Positions 56,328 through 64,000 of a DNA stretch of 64,000 nt are shown piece by piece (position 1 is the first letter of the stretch; each line of letters begins with the position of its first letter). Below the pieces are notes generated by a model. It was not told the origin of the DNA. It did not search any database and saw nothing but the letters and a program-made list of their open reading frames with translations. Source of the DNA: an uncultured Nitrososphaerales archaeon. GTDB taxonomy: Archaea > Thermoproteota > Nitrososphaeria > Nitrososphaerales > Nitrososphaeraceae. The stretch covers positions 64,001 through 128,000 of the forward strand of contig CAVPXM010000030.1 in assembly GCA_963709405.1 (NCBI GenBank), in the 5' to 3' direction. Both the position numbers and the translations under genes were made by a program.

Positions 56328-57062
56328 TCAGCTCTTATTGTCCCATAAAGTAGTTTGGGCGGTGATATCTAAATCTCTGACAACTACACGATCTAGAATC
56401 TCTCTTACTTTGATTGCACGTGCTGTTCCAAAACCGGAAATCCTCCCAAGCTCTGCAATAGTCGCATTCAATGCTCTATTGGGCGTTTTAAATTTTTGAA
56501 GCATTTTAATTGCCATCTTATCTCCTATGCCCGGTATTGAAGTTAAGATCGAAAGCTGTTGAAAATAGATTGGCTTTTCCTTTTTTATTTTTCTCAATAA
56601 CGGACCAGTGTCTCCTTCGCTCTGTTGAGCAATTTTCGCCATAAGAATAAGTAATTGTGATGTATATTCCGCAGAGGGTGTATGAATCATCGGAATTCTA
56701 AAATTCAACGCTATCTTTGTTAGTGTTTGATATGCTAGAGGCAGTCTTTCTAGCAAGATTTTTAACTGCTTATCATTTGCTATTCCAACTGGAATATCTG
56801 CGAGATCTAATATGTTACCCTCGATAACAAGCACCGGTTTGGAATAATATTGGTTTAAATCCGAACACTGCAAAAATAATCTTCCATCATAAATAGAGTC
56901 GATTAGATCATTGATGGTCTTTCTTTCAATGGCGGTTGCAGATGATGTTATGTAGTCACCTACTTTCAATTGTGCAAAGTCAACTCGAACTCCAGCATCC
57001 CGTAATAACTTAGGTATTCGACTGTTACGTTCTCTCTCATCAACTACAATTCTAACAAGCAT
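56328..57062 (-). CDS. xpf: XPF/ERCC4 structure-specific endonuclease (short form, nuclease + HhH)
   Basis: VDERE, GDY, IERKT..D..SI.DGRL..Q, IPGIG and ISGFG HhH motifs. Confidence 0.9.
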   Translation of the reverse strand: MLVRIVVDERERNSRIPKLLRDAGVRVDFAQLKVGDYITSSATAIERKTINDLIDSIYDGRLFLQCSDLNQYYSKPVLVIEGNILDLADIPVGIANDKQLKILLERLPLAYQTLTKIALNFRIPMIHTPSAEYTSQLLILMAKIAQQSEGDTGPLLRKIKKEKPIYFQQLSILTSIPGIGDKMAIKMLQKFKTPNRALNATIAELGRISGFGTARAIKVREILDRVVVRDLDITAQTTLWDNKS

Positions 57063-57164
57063 TATTATTCAATTGTCGAGCATCTTAACGTTAACTAACT
57101 GAGGTTCGGTAGATTGTCAATCACAGAATATGTTTCTTGAGTAGTCGATGATTGGAGGTTTGCT

Positions 57165-57563
57165 CTATTCGTTTTGAATTTTCGAATTAGGTACAGAGCT
57201 ACCGATAGTTCCTTGAGCCCCAGCAATCATTTGATTTATCTTAGCTTCGACTTCTTTTAGATTATCTTTAACCCTTGTCTCCTGCTTTGTTAAAACCATT
57301 AATCTAGTATTTGATAACTCTTTCTTTTCTTCAAGTTCCTTTGATACCTCATCCTTCTTAGCTCTAACGAGCAAAGGCCCAGCGTTTTTATAGACAGTAT
57401 CGTCCGGACCTATCTTTTTTAACTCGTCTATTGCTCTACCAATTTCCACGGCTTCTATTTCCACTTGTTGTTTTTGCATCATGATAGCTTGCAAGTTCTG
57501 TTGAAGCTGTTGCAGGCGCGATACTTGCTCTCTGAGCCATGGTGGAAGTTCTTGTTCACTCAT
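57165..57563 (-). CDS. pfdB: prefoldin subunit beta
   Basis: ELPP..QQLQQ..VYKNAGPLLV coiled-coil hairpin. Confidence 0.92.
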   Translation of the reverse strand: MSEQELPPWLREQVSRLQQLQQNLQAIMMQKQQVEIEAVEIGRAIDELKKIGPDDTVYKNAGPLLVRAKKDEVSKELEEKKELSNTRLMVLTKQETRVKDNLKEVEAKINQMIAGAQGTIGSSVPNSKIQNE

Positions 57564-58108
57564 GATACTATGATATGAAGAGTATTATAAATACCAAATG
57601 TGCGGCTTGCATCTAAGCCAAGCTCTTTGTTTACACATATAAAAGCGGTTTATCTGGCAGTTATCCACAAAATAATCAAGTGCAGATTCGTATTGTATAT
57701 TTGGCAGCATCAATTATCTCGTTGAGTGGGAACGCTCATGTTCTGATTACTAGGCTGGGGAACAATATCCACTCTTCAAATCAAGTAGTGGAAAATACTC
57801 TGACACTATTATCACTTTCTATATTCAAAAGATAAGAAAATTGTTCTATCCTAGGTAATGTTTGAAACAAGAATAATGATGTGGTCATGCCAACATGTGA
57901 CTTTAGAATTAATCATTGCCACGTGTGATATTACAGGCTAGAAGTAGCGTTCGGATACTATTCTTCTTGCCCAATAATACACTGGAGATTATTAGTATCC
58001 TTTATGCTCGTGAATAATTAAATATTCCCCTTAATTGTTAACCAGTTAAGAGTAAAATGGAATGGACATTGGTAAATATTTGCCTACATGTCTAATAAGC
58101 TCTCAAGG

Positions 58109-58384
58109 TCAATCTAAAATCGATTGATACGCCATATTTACAAGCCGAAGATACGAATTAACACATGCTCTGAAATCAGCCATGTTTGTCGCTGCGATTT
58201 CAATAAATAATTCAGAGTTCCGTGCTGAAATTTTACTCTTTGTGGCTAACTTCGATGTGAATTGAGTTTCTGATTTCAAGGACGAGCAGACAGATTTTGC
58301 AATGCTAGTTGATTTAGGGCATTTGGGGTCGAAAGAAAAAGTTAATGCTGTTTTGAAATCTCTAGAGACTGACTTCGTACGCAC
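58109..58384 (-). CDS. pcc1: KEOPS subunit Pcc1-like
   Basis: IAATNMADFRACVNSYLRLV; position in the exosome operon; start uncertain. Confidence 0.7.
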   Translation of the reverse strand: MRTKSVSRDFKTALTFSFDPKCPKSTSIAKSVCSSLKSETQFTSKLATKSKISARNSELFIEIAATNMADFRACVNSYLRLVNMAYQSILD

Positions 58385-58586
58385 CGGATGCAATTTTATA
58401 ATTACACTTTCGACAATGCCAAATTCCCAATGCAATCCTACGAAATTGTAACGAGCCACACGAAGGGCAACGTCTCTTTTCATTTAGTGTTTTGTATGCC
58501 ATTCCATACCTCTTGCGGAGGGTTGCACCAAATTTAATTCCCAGTCCCTTCAACGAGCTAGATCTATGCTTTTTTCTACTCACCAA
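58362..58586 (-). CDS. rpl37ae: 50S ribosomal protein L37ae (eL43)
   Basis: G.KFGATLRK, CPSC..R.A.GIW.C.KC...A.GAY. Confidence 0.92.
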   Translation of the reverse strand: MVSRKKHRSSSLKGLGIKFGATLRKRYGMAYKTLNEKRRCPSCGSLQFRRIALGIWHCRKCNYKIASGAYEVSL

Positions 58587-59403
58587 TTCTGGTAATCTCC
58601 TTTATCTTACTTCGTACTTGTTCTCCCTTTACCCTTGCCGTTTCCGAGAGACTCTTAATTTGTTCGGTACTAAATGTCCCTGTAGCACCCTTCTGGACCG
58701 CAGTGAATTTGCTATCTGAATTAGTGGTAATAGTAATCCTTGCATCCATGCATGCTTCTTCCTCCGCAGTTGGATCCAAAACTATTGAATCACCAATTCT
58801 CGCAGCAGTAATCGATATAGGTATTGTCGTCACAGGTGCAGGCTGTGTGTCGCCAGTATCGATTACTTTATTATCATGAATTTCAAAGATGGGAAGTTTG
58901 CAGCTCATTAATGCCGAAACCACGGCATACGACGTGCAATCAAACAAATTGCCATCTGCGTTAATTATGCTACAGTCGACAAATATTGTATAGACAATTT
59001 CTCCTGGAACTAGAACCAATTTATCAAGGTCAATCATTTCAGACTCTCTAACTCCTCTATCCACTACCCTTGCTAATTCTACAGTTTCTTCATCGGGGGG
59101 ACCAGGCTCAATATAGGGGGAAGCAGTAGGGAGCACTTCTGCAGACACAATCAAAGCTCCTTTGTTTTCCAATCCTTCAAATGGTTCACCAGTTTCAACT
59201 TTTATGCCAGCCACTACCTCCGAATTCCCCAAATTAACCTTTGCAGATCCATTTGCTTTTTTTATAATATCTAGTTCAATATTCAATGCCCTTAATTCAT
59301 CTAGATTCCTGCCGTCCAGTCTCTTACCGTTTGAGATAGCTTCCCACATTTGTTGTTTGCGCAGATGTTCTACAATTAATGTCGATCGCTTGGAGGAGCT
59401 CAT
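58576..59403 (-). CDS. rrp42: exosome complex component Rrp42
   Basis: [27 protein letters not shown]. Confidence 0.95.
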   Translation of the reverse strand: MSSSKRSTLIVEHLRKQQMWEAISNGKRLDGRNLDELRALNIELDIIKKANGSAKVNLGNSEVVAGIKVETGEPFEGLENKGALIVSAEVLPTASPYIEPGPPDEETVELARVVDRGVRESEMIDLDKLVLVPGEIVYTIFVDCSIINADGNLFDCTSYAVVSALMSCKLPIFEIHDNKVIDTGDTQPAPVTTIPISITAARIGDSIVLDPTAEEEACMDARITITTNSDSKFTAVQKGATGTFSTEQIKSLSETARVKGEQVRSKIKEITRIGE

Positions 59404-60143
59404 TGATCGTCTCTTACCTCCTCGGACTCGCTACCAAAATACCTCTTCATCAAAGCTGATCTTTGGATTTCATAAATCGACTTGCAGCCATTTAGTGCTT
59501 TATCTAGGCATTCATTAAATTGCTCACTATTCAATATACCGTCTAGCTGCAATAGGGTGATCTGATTCAAATGGGGCATGTACGCGACTGGCATGTCAGC
59601 TCCGCCCTCCTTGTCTTCGGTGTCGTTTATGTCAAGTACTATCCTTTCATCAACTTTACCAGCTGCACAGGCTGTTACCATATCTCTCATGTTTATTCCA
59701 GCATCTGCGAGAGCCACGGATGCAGCTACGATTCCAGCGCATCTCGATCCACCATCTGCTTGCAATACTTCAACGAAAACGTCTATTGCTGCTCTGGGAT
59801 AATCTTCTAGCATTAATGCCGGCTCAAGTGCCTCTCTCATAACTTTCGAGATTTCAACTTCCCTTCTAGACGGGGCAGGATTTTTACGCGTGTCAGTTGA
59901 GAATGGGGACATGTGGTATCTGCATCTCAGTACACATCTATCAGGCAGGGCCATATGTTTGGGGTGTACTTCTCGAGGACCATACACCGCCACTATGATC
60001 TTATTGTTACCAAATTCTATAAAGGCAGAACCATCAGCATTTTTCAGGACCCCTACTTGTATTTTAATTTCACGCAATTCATCTGGAGTTCGACCATCAG
60101 TGCGTAATCCGCGGTCGTCTATTAAACTTCTTGTTTGGGTCAT
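59400..60143 (-). CDS. rrp41: exosome exonuclease Rrp41
   Basis: [26 protein letters not shown]. Confidence 0.95.
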   Translation of the reverse strand: MTQTRSLIDDRGLRTDGRTPDELREIKIQVGVLKNADGSAFIEFGNNKIIVAVYGPREVHPKHMALPDRCVLRCRYHMSPFSTDTRKNPAPSRREVEISKVMREALEPALMLEDYPRAAIDVFVEVLQADGGSRCAGIVAASVALADAGINMRDMVTACAAGKVDERIVLDINDTEDKEGGADMPVAYMPHLNQITLLQLDGILNSEQFNECLDKALNGCKSIYEIQRSALMKRYFGSESEEVRDDQ

Positions 60144-60916
60144 TGTCCTGTCTCCGTTTCTGATCCAAATTCATCTGCTTTTACACTAGATTCCTTCTGA
60201 TTTTCGTGTAATTGATTGACTTGGACATCAACCTGAGAACCTTCTGACACGTTAAGTAATATCTTAATTCTCTGCGTTAAATTTGACATATGTGCTTCTT
60301 CTTCAACCATTTTGATAGCTCTGATGGCTAACTGTGTCCCATCTAAACGCTTACCTGTAACAACAATAATGCCGTTTTGACCAATCATAATTCTAGTTTG
60401 AGTAGCTTGTTCGATAGTCTGAATCATAGATCCTCGCTTTCCTATCAAACGCGGAACTCGCGTTGCAGATATACTTAATAATTCACCACGTGGAATTTTC
60501 CCCAAGTCTTTATCTTGTACAGTCAGCATTGGATCCCTTGTACGATCAAATGCGATAATTCGTGCTGTGATGAGATCCCCGGTCGATAATTGCCTGTTCA
60601 TATCGTCTCGAGCAGGAGAAAAATCTCTCCCGAAAACGTCTTGGGCAGGTAGGTGAGCAGAAAAACACGAATTAATATCTACTTCCCACGATAATGATGA
60701 ATGATCTGTGATTTTTCCTAGCACGATGTCATTTACTCGTGGTATGTAAACACCAGATAACGGTATGACTTTGATCCCGTCTCTCCCTGCCTCTGCAATT
60801 CCTATCCTCGTTGCAATAATGGAATTGCCTGTCTTGATCACATTCATTAAAGGCCTGAAGTTCCCTTCGATAATTTTGTCGCCAGGAACTACGTATTTTC
60901 GTTTGATTTCCTGCAT
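60140..60916 (-). CDS. rrp4: exosome RNA-binding protein Rrp4
   Basis: YIPRVND S1 domain; [13 protein letters not shown] domain. Confidence 0.95.
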   Translation of the reverse strand: MQEIKRKYVVPGDKIIEGNFRPLMNVIKTGNSIIATRIGIAEAGRDGIKVIPLSGVYIPRVNDIVLGKITDHSSLSWEVDINSCFSAHLPAQDVFGRDFSPARDDMNRQLSTGDLITARIIAFDRTRDPMLTVQDKDLGKIPRGELLSISATRVPRLIGKRGSMIQTIEQATQTRIMIGQNGIIVVTGKRLDGTQLAIRAIKMVEEEAHMSNLTQRIKILLNVSEGSQVDVQVNQLHENQKESSVKADEFGSETETGQ

Positions 60917-61028
60917 GATGCTAACAGGTCACCTCCTCCTGACTCGGTTCATGCCAAATGATTATTTTCATTCTATGCATTTGGTCTATAGGATGGGACT
61001 TATATGAAGTGTACGGATTGATCTATTC

Positions 61029-61721
61029 TTATTTTTGCTCTGTTATCGAAGCAGTTCCTTTGGTTATGGATCCTATTCTATCCACCAAGTCACCCTTCAT
61101 TCCAGCATTGGTTTCTAACAATATTTTTAACGAACCATCTGCAAGCCACTGCTCTCCTTTGAGACTACCAACAGTCTTCAGGGCACTGTAAGATTGCGCC
61201 GCATATGACGACGGGACTGTTATCGTTAATAAGAGGTTTTCTGATTTAAGGGGTAAAATCTTCCTGACAGCATCTATCACATTTTTTGCTTGATCTTCAG
61301 CTTTCTTATATGGATCAATTACAGTTCTCACTTCATTCATTGCGCTAGTAATTCGGAGAGGTGGATGTGGTAAGTGAGTTCTGGGGTCAACAAAATTCTT
61401 ACTAATATACTGAACAATCTGTTTTTTCTTTTCTTCTATCATTCTTCTTCGCTGTTCAGTTGTAAGACTATGTTCGCCACGAAGAAGAATTTGCTTAGCA
61501 ACCTCAATTGAATCGCTAGTTTTAAAATACTTAGACAGCTTTTCACTGCCTGCTCGTAGTCCTTTATTTGCATCTGTATAAATTTCATCAGATACAAGAA
61601 CATTTGATAGGTCGTGCCTTTTGCCGAGTTTATATTCTAAAGCTGGATCAGGCTTCACCAATATTTCAAATTTGTTATTTTCCAAAATTAGCCGAACTAC
61701 GGTGAACTTACTCTCTGGCAC
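61029..61721 (-). CDS. ribosome assembly factor SBDS
   Basis: FEILV.P, IYTD..KG, DPRT.LPHPP.RI. Confidence 0.93.
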   Translation of the reverse strand: MPESKFTVVRLILENNKFEILVKPDPALEYKLGKRHDLSNVLVSDEIYTDANKGLRAGSEKLSKYFKTSDSIEVAKQILLRGEHSLTTEQRRRMIEEKKKQIVQYISKNFVDPRTHLPHPPLRITSAMNEVRTVIDPYKKAEDQAKNVIDAVRKILPLKSENLLLTITVPSSYAAQSYSALKTVGSLKGEQWLADGSLKILLETNAGMKGDLVDRIGSITKGTASITEQK

Positions 61722-61823
61722 TAATTAAGTAAAATTGAATCCAAAATAAAAGTATATACCTATTACCTTGTCTGTTAGGCGTTCAAAAATTCAAGTCAAG
61801 TTAGTCAAAAAATATTGGGAAAG

Positions 61824-63362
61824 TCATTCTGTAACGTATGCTCTTTCTCCATGTTGAGTCAAGTCCAAGCCAATCTCCTCCTCCTTTGGAGTAACTCTAA
61901 TTCCACCTGGCCACACGACGTCCATGACCTTTATTATAACTGCAGTAATACCCATACACCATGCAAGAGCTGCGAAGGCGCCAATTGCATTGTTTAAGAG
62001 TTGCTGTGGATTTCCGAATGCTAGCCCATTAGCAATCGGAGTGTACATTTTTTGGGCAAAGATTCCCGTGAGTAGTGCTCCCACAAGTCCGCCCATTCCA
62101 TGTACGCCCCACGTATCAAGGGCATCATCCCATTTGCGTTTATTCTTAAACATGACCGCTGCATAGCATACGATAGATGCAACTATTCCAATAATAACAG
62201 ACGCCATAGGACCAACATATCCAGATGCAGGAGTGATTGCAACTAAGCCAGCCACCGCCCCAGATGCTGCACCTACAGTCGACGCTCTACCGGTATGAGC
62301 CCAAGAAATCAACATCCATGTTACCGCAGCCATGCCAGTTGCTATTTGCGTAGCAACAAATGCACTCGTTGCATTTGTTCCTGCCCATGCTGCAGAACCA
62401 GCATTGAAGCCAAACCAACCAAACCATAGTAAAGCCGCGCCGAGCACTATCAGTGTTATATTATGGGGCTCCATTGGAATCTTGCCATATCCCAACCTTC
62501 TACCAAGCATAAGTGCTATAACTAATCCAGACCAGCCGGAAGTAATATGGATTACAGTTCCTCCTGCAAAGTCTAGTGAGGGAAGAGCACCAGTCCAACC
62601 TACGTGCGTTCCGCCTGATCCCAATGACCATGTCCAGTGAGCAGCAAAGTCGTACACGAATGTGGCCCAGAGCACAATAAAGACCAAAAATGCACTCCAT
62701 TTCATCCTCTCAGCGAGTGCCGCAACGATAAGCGCAGGAGTTATAATAGCGAACATCATTTGAAATATCATGTATGTTTGATGAGGTATAGTCGGTCCAG
62801 CTAGACCTCCATATACGTCCGATGGGACATCGTGTAAAACATATTGTAAGCCTACCCAAGCAAAATTTCCGATGAAACCATTACCCATTGCGTCAGGTCC
62901 GAAAGCTAAGCTGTATCCCCATAAAACCCATTGTATTGCTATTACTCCAGTGGCTATGAACACCATATGAAGTGTATTCACAGCATTTTTCTGTCTAGAA
63001 AGACCTGAATAGAATATCGCTAGTCCGCCTGGGGTCATGATCAACACAAGCGCAGACGCAGCCATCATCCAAGCATTATCTCCTTCGTTTATATCACATG
63101 GTGTCAGGTTTCCATCCTTATCCACCAACAAGGGCTTTGATTTGTCTCCGTTAGGTGTATCAACGCTAACACCCACATGTTTGAAGCAACTGTATGGTAC
63201 TGCAGGATTAGATTTTGTGTAGTTTTCTGTACGCGGATATGCAGGCTGAGCCAGTACATTACTAACTGTGCTAGTTGTTAATAATGCCACCAGGCCAAAG
63301 AAAATACCCACAAATAAAAGGGCTGACCACATCGCTTTCGTATACATTATAAGGCTTTCCAC
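61824..63362 (-). CDS. amt: ammonium transporter
   Basis: GDNAW, FQMMFAIITPAL, DFAGGTVIH, WFGFNAGS, DDALD.WGVHG, EE.IGLD..HGE.AY. Confidence 0.97.
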   Translation of the reverse strand: MESLIMYTKAMWSALLFVGIFFGLVALLTTSTVSNVLAQPAYPRTENYTKSNPAVPYSCFKHVGVSVDTPNGDKSKPLLVDKDGNLTPCDINEGDNAWMMAASALVLIMTPGGLAIFYSGLSRQKNAVNTLHMVFIATGVIAIQWVLWGYSLAFGPDAMGNGFIGNFAWVGLQYVLHDVPSDVYGGLAGPTIPHQTYMIFQMMFAIITPALIVAALAERMKWSAFLVFIVLWATFVYDFAAHWTWSLGSGGTHVGWTGALPSLDFAGGTVIHITSGWSGLVIALMLGRRLGYGKIPMEPHNITLIVLGAALLWFGWFGFNAGSAAWAGTNATSAFVATQIATGMAAVTWMLISWAHTGRASTVGAASGAVAGLVAITPASGYVGPMASVIIGIVASIVCYAAVMFKNKRKWDDALDTWGVHGMGGLVGALLTGIFAQKMYTPIANGLAFGNPQQLLNNAIGAFAALAWCMGITAVIIKVMDVVWPGGIRVTPKEEEIGLDLTQHGERAYVTE

Positions 63363-63791
63363 GTAGGAGGAAATATAAAAAATATTATAACTTATAATTG
63401 CAAATTATGAGAAAATGAATATCATTATTATATCGTAAAAGTATCTTAGAATGCATAATTTATGATACTTACTATACAGACAAATTATTCAAATTATTTC
63501 TGAAGACTAATTCTAGCATAAAATCTTATTTTTTGGATTAAATATAATACAAAGTGAAGAGAAGCTATGCTTAATTCTATTATAGATTATGTTAGATGTG
63601 AGCATGTCCGACAACTACATTTACTAAATAGAAATATCCTGATACCATTTGCGTCTAAAGATGTCAAGTTAGACCAAGAATAGGATTAGAATTAGCGGTG
63701 TAAATTACTTAACAATTCTTACCTTACCAGTTATTCATGGTAGTAATTTTCGGTAGATTTTTAATACGTACTGAGCAGGTTCTATTAAGGC

Positions 63792-64000
63792 TTGAGTTCC
63801 GCATCTATTGATATACTTGAAAACACCAACGAAAAGATTGTCATAAGATTCAGCAATGCACCGAGACAGTATGTAAATGCGATAAGAAGGATATCTATAA
63901 ACGAAGTTCCTACCTTGGCAATCGACGATGTCGTAATTCTGGAAAACTCTTCAGTGATGCACGATGAAGCTTTAGCTCATAGGTTGGGCCTCATTCCGTT
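63792..64000 (+). CDS. rpoD: RNA polymerase subunit D (Rpo3), 5' part; runs off the window end
   Basis: Manual translation: [41 protein letters not shown]. Confidence 0.92.
   Translation, partial: MSSASIDILENTNEKIVIRFSNAPRQYVNAIRRISINEVPTLAIDDVVILENSSVMHDEALAHRLGLIP

Noticed and set aside
57564-58108. Replication origin or ncRNA in the pcc1-pfdB gap
   Set aside because: Only a weak TCCACT/AGTGGA inverted pair; no repeated ORB motifs and no adjacent orc1/cdc6.
1-64000. CRISPR array or cas genes
   Set aside because: No regularly spaced 25-40 bp repeats with unique spacers were seen; the tandem repeats have no spacers.

Overview
AT-rich archaeal chromosome segment. Gene content points to an ammonia-oxidising Nitrososphaerota member (Nitrososphaeraceae-like; inferred from protein families, not searched). 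Conserved core blocks: AhbAB with a ChdC-like gene and sufC; prefoldin alpha-ftsY-argF; a UbiD-family gene; tRNA-Gly, trm56 and nrdJ; pheA, csl4, mptE, guaA, glnA; a CdvB paralogue; a wHTH/ATP-cone/NrdD-like fusion; XPF and prefoldin beta; the exosome operon; amt; and the start of rpoD. There are two accessory regions. The first (1-2790) lies beside tRNA-Ser and holds an integrase remnant and an IS5 remnant. The second (about 29.1-46.9 kb) lies between glnA and tRNA-Phe and holds Rieske, PII, aquaporin, arylsulfatase plus FGE and many gene and IS fragments. Three IS elements retain both terminal inverted repeats (IS481, ISH1-group IS5, ISL2-like); the first two also have clear target-site duplications. 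Of three tRNAs, two have BHB introns, and tRNA-Gly has two introns. Single-base frameshifts in many genes, including housekeeping ones, most likely reflect assembly indel errors. The best candidate for an under-described system is an apparently catalytically dead class III RNR scaffold fused to a winged-HTH and an ATP-cone, possibly a nucleotide-sensing regulator. No CRISPR array was seen.
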